A stretch of DNA of 64,000 bases from Vulcanimicrobiota bacterium (lineage in GTDB: Bacteria > Vulcanimicrobiota > Vulcanimicrobiia > Vulcanimicrobiales > Vulcanimicrobiaceae), in contig CAWETW010000001.1 of the NCBI GenBank assembly GCA_963812155.1, positions 32,001 through 96,000 on the forward strand, given 5' to 3'. Each line of letters starts with the position of its first letter. Position 1 is the first letter of the stretch. Position numbers and translations under genes: made by a program. Shown piece after piece: positions 30,633 to 40,659 of the stretch. A model generated the notes under the pieces. The model did not search any database. It was given only the letters and a program-made list of their open reading frames with translations, and had not been told where the DNA came from.

Positions 30633-31962
30633 ATGCTCAACGCGGTGCCGGCCGACCGTTTGCAGTTTGCATTTACGGTCATGTTTCACTACCTCTTTCC
30701 GATCGGGACGATGGGCTTGGCGCCGTTCGTGGCGGCCTATACGTGGAAGGCGGCGCACACCGGCGACCCGGACGCCGCCCGCGCGGCGCGATTCTGGACG
30801 AAGATCTTTGCGATCAACTTCGCGGCCGGCGTCGTCACCGGGATTCCGATGGAGTTTCAGTTCGGCACGAACTGGGCGGAGTTTTCGCGGCGCACCGGCG
30901 CGGTCGTCGGCCAGCCGCTCGCGATGGAAGGCTTCTTCGCGTTTTTCCTCGAGTCGGTATTCCTGGGGATACTGCTCTACCGGCGGCGCGAGCAGCCGTC
31001 CCCGCTCGTCGCCTGGTCGGCGGTGCTCGTCTGCGTCGGCGCGTGGCTCTCCGGCTTTTTCATCGTCGCAACGAATGCGTGGATGCAGCATCCGGTCGGC
31101 TACTCCGTCGCCGCCAACGGCACGGTGCGTCTCGAGAGCATCGCCGCGCTGCTGCTGTCGCCGTGGACGTGGTGGCAGTTCGCACACGTGCTCACGGGCG
31201 CGTTGCTGGCGGGCGCGATGGTCGTTGCCGGCTGCGGCGCGTACTATCTGCTTGCCGGACGCGAACCCACGATCGGCCGGCGCTTCGTGCGCGCGGGCAC
31301 CATCGCGTCATTCATCTTTGCAGCGATGGCGGCATTTCCGACCGGCGACGGAAACGCGAAAGACGTGACCGCCTATCAGCCGGTGAAGCTCGCGGCGATG
31401 GAAGGACTCTTCGAGACGACGCGCAGCGCGCCGCTGGCGATTATCGGAATGCCCGATCCCGCCGGGCAGACGCTGATCGATCCGATCTACGTTCCGGACT
31501 TTCTGAGTTTTCTCGCGTACGGAAATTTCAACGCCAACGTCAACGGTCTCAGGGACTACGCGCGCGACCAGTGGCCGCCGGTCGAGTTCACGTATTACGC
31601 CTATCACGTGATGGTCGGTCTGGGGACGATCTTCGTCGGCGTCATGGGCATCGCACTGCTCGCGCTCGTCTTGGGCCGTCTCGAGCGGCGCGCGCTGGAT
31701 TTTGTGGCCGCTCATGCTGCTGATGCCGTTCCCCTATATTGCCAACGAGGCCGGCTGGATGGTGAGCGAGGTCGGTCGGCAGCCGTGGATCGTCTACGGC
31801 CTGATGCGCACCGCGCAAGCCGCGTCCCCGACCGTCAACAGCGGTGAGGTCGTCTTCACGACGATCGGATTCGCCGGCATGTACTTTCTCCTCGGCGTCT
31901 TATTCCTGATTCTCGTGCTGCGCGAGATCGGTCTCGGGCCGTCGCACGCGGAGCGAGCGTAA
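30633..31962 (+). CDS. cydA: Cytochrome bd ubiquinol oxidase subunit I, frameshift near 31700
   Basis: RLQFAFTVMFHYLF, GVVTGIPMEFQFGTNW, NAWMQHP, QPVKLAAMEG, GWMVSEVGRQPW. Confidence 0.95.
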
Positions 31963-32951
31963 TGCTCGCAACGGTTGCGTTCGCCGTCGATCGCGTTCAT
32001 GCTGACGGCCTACGTGCTGCTCGACGGCTACGATCTCGGCATCGCCACCATTTCACCGTTCATCGCACACACCGACCGCGAGCGCGCAGCCACGATGGCG
32101 GCCATCGGACCGTTTTGGAACGGAAACGAAGTGTGGCTCATCGCCGGCGGCGGCGCACTTTTTGCGCTCTTTCCGGCCGCGTACGCCTCGTCGTTCTCGG
32201 GATTCTACCTGCCGTTCATCGTCGTGTTGTGGATGCTGATGTTTCGCGGCATCGCGATGGAACTGCGCGATCATTTGGATTCGCAGCTCTGGCGCCAATT
32301 TTGGGACGCGGCTTTCTGGCTCTCGAGCCTGCTGCTCGTCGTGCTCTTCGGCGTCGCGCTGGGCAATCTGGTGCGCGGACTGCCGCTCGACGCGCACGGC
32401 TATTTCACTGGTACGTTCGCATTCTTGCTCAACCCGTACGCGCTGCTGGTCGCGGTGCTGGCGGTGGCGTCGCTGGCGCAACACGGCGCGGCATTCGCGC
32501 GGCTGCGTATCGACGGCGCGCCGGCGGAGCGTGCGGCGCAATTGATGGCACGATTGTGGTGGGTCGTGCTCGCACTCTACGTCGCGGTGAGCGCCGCGAC
32601 GTTCGCCGTGCGCGGAACTCCGGCGGCGGTGTGGCTCTTCGTCGTTCCCGCAATTTCGCTCGTTTCGTTGATCGCGCTGCGGTCGCGTCGGGGGCGGGTC
32701 GCAACGGCGTCGCCTTCGCGGCGTCGTCGCTTTTCATCGCCTCGCTGCTGGTCGAAACGGCCGGAACGCTCTATCCGTATTTGTTGCCCGCCTATCCGCC
32801 GGGCCGCGGGGGCGTTTCGATCGTCGATGCCTCGCCGTCGCCGGTCGCGCTCACGGTCGGCTTGAGCGTCGCAATCGGCGGAAGCGTCGCGGTGCTGCTC
32901 TACGCATCTGCGGTGTGGCGCGTGCTGGCGGGAAAGGTCCGCGTGGAGTGA
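31962..32951 (+). CDS. cydB: Cytochrome bd ubiquinol oxidase subunit II, frameshifts near 31985 and 32695
   Basis: YVLLDGYDLG, IGPFWNGNEVWL, FALFP..YA, FRGIAME, YPYLLP. Confidence 0.93.
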   Translation: MLATVAFAVDRVHADGLRAARRLRSRHRHHFTVHRTHRPRARSHDGGHRTVLERKRSVAHRRRRRTFCALSGRVRLVVLGILPAVHRRVVDADVSRHRDGTARSFGFAALAPILGRGFLALEPAARRALRRRAGQSGARTAARRARLFHWYVRILAQPVRAAGRGAGGGVAGATRRGIRAAAYRRRAGGACGAIDGTIVVGRARTLRRGERRDVRRARNSGGGVALRRSRNFARFVDRAAVASGAGRNGVAFAASSLFIASLLVETAGTLYPYLLPAYPPGRGGVSIVDASPSPVALTVGLSVAIGGSVAVLLYASAVWRVLAGKVRVE

Positions 32952-34081
32952 ACGATGCCGTTGCTCGCGCGCTCGCGTCGTACGATCGATCGCGCCTGAC
33001 CCTAACGTCGATCGGCAGCCATTCGGCGCTGGAGGTTGCGTCCGGTGCGCGCGCGCACGGCTTGCGCAATCTCGTCGTCACCGCGAAGGGCCGCGAGCGG
33101 ACCTACACCGAGCACTTTCTCGCCGGCGAATCGCCGCCGCGCGGCTGCGTCGACGCGGTGCTCGAACTCGACGCGTTCCCCGACATCCTCCGCGACGACG
33201 TGCAGCAGCGGCTGCTCGCCGAAAACGTGATTTTCGTCCCGAACCGTTCGTTCGAAGTCTACCTGCATCAGCGCTACTGCTACGACGAGATCGAACGCGG
33301 GATGCTCGTTCCGTTCTTCGGAAACCGCGGCTTGCTGCGCGCCGAAGAGCGCGACGAAGGGCGCAATCAGTACGCTCTCATGGAGCGCGCGGGCATCCGT
33401 TACCCAAGCGCTTTGCGGAGCCCGACAGAGATCGATCGTCTCGTGATGGTCAAAGCGCCGCACGCCACGGTGAGTTTCGAGCGCGCGTTCTTTCTTGCAT
33501 CGTCGCCGGCCGAGTACGAAGCGGCCGCCGCACGTTTGATCGACGCGGGCATGCTTGCTCGTAAGGGGCTTGGCGGCGCCGTGATCGAGGAGTATGCGCT
33601 CGGACCGTCGGTCAACCTCAATTTCTTTTATTCGCCGATCCTCGGCGAACTGGAACTGAGCGGCACCGACACGCGGCGCCAGACGAACCTCGAAGGCTTT
33701 CGCAACGTGCCGCCGTCGGCGCTCGCGACGCTGCACGACGTGCCGATGCGGCTCGAAGAGGCCGGCCACATCGCCGCGACGCTGACCGAATCGATGCTGG
33801 AGAAGGCCTTCGAGATGGGGGAGCGCTTCGTGGCGGCCGCGGCTGCCGAGTATCCGCCCGGCGTGATCGGGCCGTTCGCGCTGCAGTGCGTCATCGTCGC
33901 CGGACCGCCGAAGGAATTCGTCTGCTACGACGTTTCGCTGCGCATCCCGGGGTCACCGGGAACGCGGTATACGCCGTATTCGGCCTATCGCTGGGGCCGC
34001 GACGTCTCGGTCGGCGAGCGCATTGCCATGGAAATCGTCATGGCGCGCGACACCAATCGCCTCGAAGATGTTTTGACCTAG
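32948..34081 (+). CDS. purP: Second PurP-like ATP-grasp protein (DUF1246/DUF1297 family)
   Basis: SIGSHSALEV, PNRSF, ERAFF, DTRRQTNLEG, EAGHIAATLTESMLEKAF, PGVIGPFALQ, DVSLRIPGSPG, GERIAMEI. Confidence 0.85.
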   Translation: MNDAVARALASYDRSRLTLTSIGSHSALEVASGARAHGLRNLVVTAKGRERTYTEHFLAGESPPRGCVDAVLELDAFPDILRDDVQQRLLAENVIFVPNRSFEVYLHQRYCYDEIERGMLVPFFGNRGLLRAEERDEGRNQYALMERAGIRYPSALRSPTEIDRLVMVKAPHATVSFERAFFLASSPAEYEAAAARLIDAGMLARKGLGGAVIEEYALGPSVNLNFFYSPILGELELSGTDTRRQTNLEGFRNVPPSALATLHDVPMRLEEAGHIAATLTESMLEKAFEMGERFVAAAAAEYPPGVIGPFALQCVIVAGPPKEFVCYDVSLRIPGSPGTRYTPYSAYRWGRDVSVGERIAMEIVMARDTNRLEDVLT

Positions 34082-34138
34082 TATCCCGACTCGTGAGCCG
34101 GGACACTCACATACGACGATACCGTACGGAGGAAGAAG

Positions 34139-34677
34139 ATGACCACGCACAACGTCCAGGAGCGCACCGGGTTGGTGACCTTCAAAGGCAACCCGATGAC
34201 GCTGCACGGCCCGGCACTGCAGACCGGCGCGCCGGCGCCGGAATTTTTCCTCACCGCATCGGACATGGCGACGATGACGCTCGACTCGCTGGTAGATAGT
34301 GGGAACCGGGCCGCGATGCTCATCGTCGTGCCCTCGCTCGATACGAGCGTCTGTTCGCTCGAATCGCAGACGTTCAACCGGCGGCTCGGCGAGCTGCCCG
34401 CGGGCGTCAAGGCGTACGTCGTCAGCGTGGATTTGCCGTTCGCGATGGCGCGCTGGGCGGCCGCGCAAGGCGACGTGAACCTCGGGATGCTCTCCGACTA
34501 TCGCGATCACAATTTCGGTCTCACTTACGGTTTGTACCTCGCGAGCTCGCGCTGCTGGCCCGCGCGATCGTGGTGATCGGCAAAGACAAGAGCGTCAAAT
34601 ACGTCCAGATCGTTCCGGAGGTCGCGCAGGAGCCGGATTACGACGAGGCCTTGAAGGCGGCCGCCGCTGCCGCCTAG
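34139..34677 (+). CDS. tpx: Thiol peroxidase, frameshift near 34540
   Basis: VTFKGNP, VPSLDTSVC, SVDLPFA, LSDYRD; shifted frame gives LLARAIVV...YVQIVPEV..EPDYDEAL; GGAGG SD. Confidence 0.92.
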
Positions 34678-36231
34678 TTCGCCGTCACCGCGCACCGTCT
34701 TCATTCTGGATTTTGGCGCGCAATACAGCCAATTGATCGCGCGCCGCATGCGCGAACTCGGCTCGTACTGCGAAATCGTTCCCTACGATACGCCCTGGAG
34801 CGCGATCGCCGGCGCGCGAACCTGCCGCGTTCATTCTGTCGGGCGGCCCCGAGAGCACGCTCGTCGACGGACGCGCCCGACATCGACCCCGCAATGTCTC
34901 GCTAGCGGCGTGCCGATGCTCGGAATCTGTTACGGCATGCAGCTGATGGCGCGCGATTTCGGCGCCGAACTCGTGAAGCTCGAGCACGCCGAGTACGGAC
35001 CGGCGACGCTGCACGTGGACGATCGCTCGACGCCCGCTCTTCGTGGGCGTTGCCGGCGACTCGCGCGTGTGGATGTCGCACGGCGATTCGGTCGTAAAGC
35101 TGCCGCCCGGTTTCGCGTGCTTCGCGCTCGACCCAGCGCTGCGACGTCGCGGCGATGGGCGACCCGGCGCGTAAGATCTACGGCGTGCAGTTTCATCCCG
35201 AAGTCGTGCACACCGAGCACGGCACGACGATCCTGCGCAACTTCCTGCAAAGCGTCGCTGGGCTGGCGGACGACTGGGAGATGGACTCGTTCGTCGACCG
35301 TGCGATCGCGGCGATTCGCCGCAGGTCGGCAGCGACGACGTCATCTGCGCGCTTTCGGGCGGCGTCGACTCGGCCGTTGCGGCGACGCTCGTGTCGCGCG
35401 CGATCGGCGACCAGCTCACCTGCGTTTTCGTCGATCACGGGTTGTTGCGCAAAGACGAAGCCGAGCAGGTGCTGGCGGCATTCCGCGACGTGCTGCACCT
35501 CAACGTCGTCGTCGTCGACGCGCGCGAGCGGTTCTTGAGCAAGCTCGACGGCGTCGTCGATCCCGAGGAGAAGCGCGTCATCATCGGGCACGAGTTCATC
35601 CGCGTGTTCGAAGAAGAAGCCGAGCGGCTTCCGAACGTGTCACTTCCTCGTGCAGGGCACGCTCTATCCCGACGTCATCGAATCGAAGACGCCGCAAAGC
35701 AAGGCCGGCCACAAGATCAAGTCGCATCACAACGTCGGCGGCCTGCCCGAGCGGATGAATCTGCGGCTGGTCGAGCCGCTGCGCGCGTTGTTCAAGGACG
35801 AAGTGCGCGAGCTCGGGCGCGTGCTCGGCTTGCCCGAACATATCGTAAGTCGCCAGCCGTTTCCCGGACCCGGCCTGGCGGTGCGCATCATCGGCGCGAT
35901 CACGCCGGAACGCTTGGAGACCGTCCGCGAAGCCGATGCGATCGTTCGCGAGGAGATCGACGCGGCGCCGCTCGATCCGCATCCGTGGCAGTATTTCGCC
36001 GTGTTGACGCCCGTGCAAAGCGTCGGCGTGATGGGCGACGGTCGCACCTACGCAAATCTGGTCGCGGTCCGCGCGATCACGAGCGAAGACGGCATGACGG
36101 CCGACTGGGCGCGCCTGCCGCACGCCCTGCTCGAGCGGATATCCACGCGCATCGTCAACGAGGTGCGCGGCGTGAACCGCGTCGCGTACGACATTACGAC
36201 AAAGCCGCCGGCCACGGTCGAGTGGGAGTAG
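34667..36231 (+). CDS. guaA: GMP synthase (glutamine-hydrolysing), several frameshifts; start approximate
   Basis: [82 protein letters not shown] across several frames. Confidence 0.93.
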
Positions 36232-36242
36232 GTCTAAGCGGC

Positions 36243-37506
36243 ATGCGGATACTCGTCGTCGGAAGCGGAGCGCGCGAAGACGCGCTCTCGTGGCGGCTCG
36301 CGCAATCGGCATCGTGCGAAGCGATATTCGCCGCTCCCGGGAACGCCGGAACGGCTTCGCGCGGAGAAAACTGGACCGTCGCGGCGACCGACGGTAAAGC
36401 GCTTGCGGAGCGCTGCCTGACCGAACGCATCGATTGTGCGGTGCTCGGCCCCGAGACGGCGATCGCCGCCGGCGTCGGCGACCGGTTGCGCGAGGCGGGC
36501 ATCTCGGTCTTCGGGCCGAATCGCTCGGCCGGGCGGCTCGAATCGAGCAAGGTGTTCGCGAAGCGCTTCATGGAGCGTCACGGCATTCCGACGGCGCGCG
36601 GCGTCGTCGTCCATTCGCTCGACGGTGCCGAAAAAGCGCTCGAGTCGTGGAGCGGCGGCGTGGTCGTCAAAGCCGACGGCTTGCCGCCGGCAAAGGCGTC
36701 GTCGTCTGCGATCGTCCCGTCGAACGCCCGAGCCGTGCTCGCCGAGTGGTACGCGAACAACAAAATTCCGGGCGGCGGCTCCGACGTACTGCTGGAGGAG
36801 ATGCTGGCGGGTCGCGAGGTCAGCGTCTTTGCGCTCGCCGACGGCCGCGCGATGGTGCCGATTGCCGCCGCGTGCGACTACAAGCGCGCCGGCGACGGCG
36901 ACACCGGACCGAACACCGGCGGAATGGGCGCGTACTCGCCGCCCGCGGGTTTCCCCGACGATCTCGACGACCAGGTGCGCGAACGCATCCTCGCGCCGGT
37001 GTTGCGCGGCTTGCTCGCGGAGGGCGAAGAGTACGTCGGCGTGCTCTACTGCGGCCTGATGTGGACGGCCGACGGTCCGTACGTCATCGAGTTCAACGTG
37101 CGCTTCGGCGATCCCGAGACGCAAGTGTTGATGCCGCGCGTTCGACGGCGACTTCGCCGCGCTGATCAAGTCTGCAGCCGACGGAGCGATGGATCTGTCG
37201 CTCGCGACGTTCTCTCCGGAGAGTTGCGTCGGCGTCGTTTTGGCGACGAGCGACTACCCGCGCAGCAACACGCCGCTCAAAGGGCTCAACGCCGACGTCT
37301 CGCTCGGAGACGGCGTCAGGCGTTTTGGGGCGGCTCGACGCTCGTCGGACGGCCACGTCAATACCGGTGGCGGCCGCGTGCTCACCGTCACGGCGCTCGG
37401 CGACGATCTACCGCAAGCTCGTGGGAACGCTTACGCTGCGGTGAAAACGCTCGCGTCACGCCTCGGCACAAACGCGTTGACCTACCGCACCGACATCGGC
37501 ACCTAG
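36243..37506 (+). CDS. purD: Phosphoribosylamine-glycine ligase, several frameshifts
   Basis: [70 protein letters not shown]. Confidence 0.94.
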
Positions 37507-37529
37507 CGAGCGCATTCGATCGTCACGCA

Positions 37530-37560
37530 CAATCGCGCCCGCCGGTAGCGGGCGCGATTG
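37530..37560. terminator. GC-rich hairpin between convergent genes, probable terminator
   Basis: CAATCGCGCCCGC-CGGTA-GCGGGCGCGATTG: perfect 13-bp stem, 5-nt loop; no strong U-tract. Confidence 0.65.
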
Positions 37561-37611
37561 ATTGGAAGGGCATCCGTTTATCTCGTTGCTTGCCGCCGAG
37601 ACTTCGCCCCG

Positions 37612-38463
37612 TTACATGACGTAGAGTTGCAGCGATCCTGGATCGACGTAGTAGACGCCGCCCATGACGTACTGATTGGGATACGCGCACATCACGCCGT
37701 TGTTCGGCCCGTAGATGTATACGAGATCCTGCCGCCCGCACGCGACCGGCTGGAGGCCGTAGTTCTGGTACAAATACCATCCGGGGTACGCGTAGCTAGG
37801 CGCGGAGTAGTAGTTTTGGTCCCAGATCCCCTGACCGGCTAACAGCGAGACGGCCGCGAACGGACCCCAGAAACCGCCGCCCCAGTAGTTCGTCTGCGGA
37901 TACCACTGGTAGCCGCCGTTCCACGCCCAGTTGGACGCGTACGGACGCGGGTTGACCAAGACGTAGTTGGTCCGGTAGACCGTTGGGTGGTACCAGGCCG
38001 GACGCGGCGCGTAGGCCCAGGCGGGTCGCCGCCAGCCAGGTGCCGGCGCACGCCAATACGGCCTCCGGTTGGGATGCCACGGATTGAGCGTCGGCCTCGG
38101 CGTCGGCCGCTGACCTGGGCGCCTCGTCGGGGCAGGAAGCGTATGAACCGGGCGCGGCTTCATCGTTTCGATGGGTGGCTTCATGGTGCGTACGGGAGCC
38201 GGCTTCATCGTTTCGATGGGCGGCTTCATCGTGCGCATCGGTGCGGGCTTCGCGGTGTGCATCGGTGCCGGCTTCATCGTGTGAACCGGCGTTGGACTCT
38301 TCGGTGGCTTGGCTGCCGTATTCGGAGCCTTGTCGGGATTCTTGGGCGCGGGCGTCTGATCCGCGACGACTATGGAAGTGGGAATGCCGCGAGCGACGGC
38401 CGGGGCTGTCCCGGCGAACGCGACGGCGATGACGATTGAAGTAAGGCGAGCGTGCGTGTGCAT
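37612..38463 (-). CDS. Secreted Pro-rich repeat / Trp-Tyr-rich protein
   Basis: GGAGG SD, signal peptide, TMKP repeats, then YWGGGFWG and C-terminal CG...[12 protein letters not shown]. Confidence 0.75.
   Translation of the reverse strand: MHTHARLTSIVIAVAFAGTAPAVARGIPTSIVVADQTPAPKNPDKAPNTAAKPPKSPTPVHTMKPAPMHTAKPAPMRTMKPPIETMKPAPVRTMKPPIETMKPRPVHTLPAPTRRPGQRPTPRPTLNPWHPNRRPYWRAPAPGWRRPAWAYAPRPAWYHPTVYRTNYVLVNPRPYASNWAWNGGYQWYPQTNYWGGGFWGPFAAVSLLAGQGIWDQNYYSAPSYAYPGWYLYQNYGLQPVACGRQDLVYIYGPNNGVMCAYPNQYVMGGVYYVDPGSLQLYVM
38130..38290 (-). repeat. Coding tandem repeats of 7-8 aa ([30 protein letters not shown])
   Basis: GGCTTCATCG recurs; GGCTTCATCGTTTCGATGGG occurs twice. Bounds approximate. 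Confidence 0.8.
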
Positions 38464-38674
38464 CTATTTAAAAACCTCCGTCCGGACTTCTAGATACCCA
38501 GGAAGCCCGCAGAGTATGCCGCTTACCGCACGCTTAGTCTTAAACGTTCATTAGGGGCGCTGGGTAGCTGAACTGCGCGTCGATCTGTTCGGGCAAATGT
38601 CACGAGAGGCTAGTTGCTTCGAATAAATCTTGAAGGATAAAATTAAAGGGAAGGGTGAGCCGAGCGCAACGACG

Positions 38675-39109
38675 TTATTTCGAAGGCTCCACGCCGCCAA
38701 ACAGCGCGAATCGCGTCCGCTCTCTGAGTGTACGCCGCGACATGGCAAGTTCTCGTTCCGGATCAACAGAGCCGCGTACGAAAGACGGTCCTAGAGGCAA
38801 GCCGCTAACTTGAACGGCGCCGGAGGCGATCTCCCGGAGCGCCGTCATTGCCGGCTTTTCAGGGTTCGCATTCATTATCAGCGGCGGAGCGCCGCCGAGG
38901 AGCTGACGGGAGCGTTTTGCAATGGCGTTGACCGCCGTGAATGGAGAACCGCTCTTGTGGACGGCCTGTTCCGCCGAGTTGCGAATGATTTGAGGCGCTT
39001 CGCTCGACTTGACGTTGGAAGGCGATTTTACCACACGCTTGACGGCCTTTGGAATGCCTTCGGCCAACCTCTCATCGGGTTCCGCGAGCACATCGAGCAT
39101 GTCAGACAT
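38675..39109 (-). CDS. RNA polymerase omega (RpoZ)-like domain protein with N- and C-terminal extensions
   Basis: EQAVHKSGSPFTAVNAIAKRSRQL...KPAMTALREIASG matches the omega pattern (F.LV..AA.RARQL...K....AL.EI..G); AAAGGGA SD. Confidence 0.7.
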   Translation of the reverse strand: MSDMLDVLAEPDERLAEGIPKAVKRVVKSPSNVKSSEAPQIIRNSAEQAVHKSGSPFTAVNAIAKRSRQLLGGAPPLIMNANPEKPAMTALREIASGAVQVSGLPLGPSFVRGSVDPERELAMSRRTLRERTRFALFGGVEPSK

Positions 39110-39219
39110 TGTGGGTTCCCTTTCAGTAAAAAAAGCTGCCTCGCGTCAGATACCCCTCAGAGAGCGGCAGTGACGATGGGCAGTCTTTTCATAGGTGCCG
39201 AGAGTTGCTGTGAGAGTTC

Positions 39220-39228
39220 AGTATAGCA
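39220..39228 (-). promoter_or_regulatory. Extended -10 promoter element upstream of the omega-like ORF
   Basis: Minus strand reads TGcTATACT, about 110 nt upstream of ATG 39109. Confidence 0.5.
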
Positions 39229-39285
39229 TACCTTGCGGGGTTATCGGTCAGTCGCTGAGCTTGACATTGGAAAAGCCCACGTAAC

Positions 39286-39528
39286 TCACGAGCGTGAAGC
39301 CGTTGAAGCCGGCTGCAAGCATCGAGGGCTTATCCGGACCGTAATGCGTGGTTCCGGTGCGGAACCGGCTGTCGAACCCGCGATCAGAACTTTAGCTTTG
39401 TCCAGGATTTCCTCGAGAGTAGCGCCCTCGACGATCGAGCGCAACTCGGCACACAAACCGATCAAACGTCCACTCTCACGGTGAACGTACAGTCCAAACG
39501 TATTGCTTGATTGGAGCAACGTTTTCAC
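39286..39528 (-). CDS. Small HicB-like protein
   Basis: GLCAELRSIVEGATLEEILDKAK resembles the HicB N-terminal pattern (G.T.EEA); strong SD GGAGGAGGTGA before the GTG. Confidence 0.5.
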   Translation of the reverse strand: MKTLLQSSNTFGLYVHRESGRLIGLCAELRSIVEGATLEEILDKAKVLIAGSTAGSAPEPRITVRISPRCLQPASTASRS

Positions 39529-39553
39529 CGCATCACCTCCTCCGAGTTCAGCA

Positions 39554-40468
39554 TTAGGCGGGCGCGTGGGTTGCTTTCCCCTGCGGCGCTTTTCCCTGCG
39601 CTGACTTAGGTGCAGGTGCGGCCTTGCCGTTAGACTGTGCGCCGGGTGGTTTCATCGCGTGTTGTGGAGGCGCGGCAGCCTTCCCGGATTTCGCATTCGG
39701 TACCGACATATGTGCCGGTTCGGAAGCAGGCTTCGAGTACGTTCCGTGGCCGATCGATTTGAAGTCGGCCGGCCGATTCGTCGAGCTGAACGCGTGCGAG
39801 GTTACCACTGCGGCAGGTTTGCCGTGATTGACGTTCACGTATAGGTTGCGGTCCTGTTGGGCTTCGGCGATGTGCGCTCGCTGCATTGGGGTAGCACCAA
39901 TGTGGGGTTCGTGTGCCCACGCAAGCTGTTGCGCGTCGGGGTGCATGCGAACGCCGCCCGGGCCATTGTAGCCGTACCGATTGACGTTATGCACGACGAC
40001 CGTTTTGTTCACGTACACGTTTCGTATATAGCGCGAATTGACGCTCGTGACGGCAGTGTTATATCGGAACGCGTTGCCGTGCCAACCGCCGCCGACGTAA
40101 CCGGTACCATAGTATCCGGCTCCGTAGTTGACTCCGCCGTAGTAACCAACGTTACGTCCCCAGTAGCCGTCATTCCAGGCATAGTTGTTCTGCTGTTGCT
40201 GGTATCCCCAAAATCCGGGCGTCCAGAGAAGGCCCGCTTGCGGGGCGGCCATCCACGTGCCGGGTACCCAGTAGTAGCCGTCTTGGCCCTCGCCCCAGTA
40301 CCCAGGGATCCACTGGTAATTCGGGTCGGAAACCGGTGGTTGCTGATATTGGGGCATCAGCGGTGGAGCAGAGAAACTCACGTACACCTGGGCGTTCGTC
40401 GCCACGGGAAGCGCAAGCGAGGGAATAAGCGCGCAAATCGCGAGAAGTGACAGCTTGAAGAGCCGCAT
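39554..40468 (-). CDS. YXWGXW (WxxGxW) repeat secreted protein
   Basis: Signal peptide; YQWIPGYW, YYWVPGTW, LWTPGFW, YAWNDGYW, VGYYGGVNYG. Confidence 0.9.
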   Translation of the reverse strand: MRLFKLSLLAICALIPSLALPVATNAQVYVSFSAPPLMPQYQQPPVSDPNYQWIPGYWGEGQDGYYWVPGTWMAAPQAGLLWTPGFWGYQQQQNNYAWNDGYWGRNVGYYGGVNYGAGYYGTGYVGGGWHGNAFRYNTAVTSVNSRYIRNVYVNKTVVVHNVNRYGYNGPGGVRMHPDAQQLAWAHEPHIGATPMQRAHIAEAQQDRNLYVNVNHGKPAAVVTSHAFSSTNRPADFKSIGHGTYSKPASEPAHMSVPNAKSGKAAAPPQHAMKPPGAQSNGKAAPAPKSAQGKAPQGKATHAPA

Positions 40469-40659
40469 GGGGTTTGTTCCTTAGACTTTATCCGAATCGC
40501 CGCAAAGGCGAATTAGCTCGGGAGCGAGCTTGTGTTCTCAAGAGCATATCCGAACCCGTTGACCAAAGTCGGCACGCTTTCGCACCAGGAGTGCACTCTG
40601 GACTCGAAAAATGCTTTTCCGACACGCCGGCGATCAGGAGTCAGGAAGTATCCAAAAAC

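Noticed and set aside
29509..31723. Long ORFs (619 aa, 448 aa) running across cydA
   Set aside because: Their tails are out-of-frame read-through; the real hypothetical gene ends near 30626.
7196..37506. Programmed frameshifting or true pseudogenes in ribD, ribBA, cydAB, guaA, purD
   Set aside because: No consistent slippery sites, no visible motif decay, and too many unrelated genes are affected; sequencing error is more parsimonious.
35391..37619. 742-aa ORF that looks like a GuaA-PurD fusion
   Set aside because: Frameshift artefact. guaA ends at its own TAG (36231) after KPPATVEWE, and purD starts at ATG 36243.
38130..38290. Possible CRISPR-like repeat array
   Set aside because: Units are 21-24 nt, in frame within a protein, lack unique spacers, and no cas genes are present.
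38464..39285. tRNA, attachment site or ncRNA in the AT-rich intergenic gaps
   Set aside because: No cloverleaf or T-loop motif and no flanking direct repeats found by eye.
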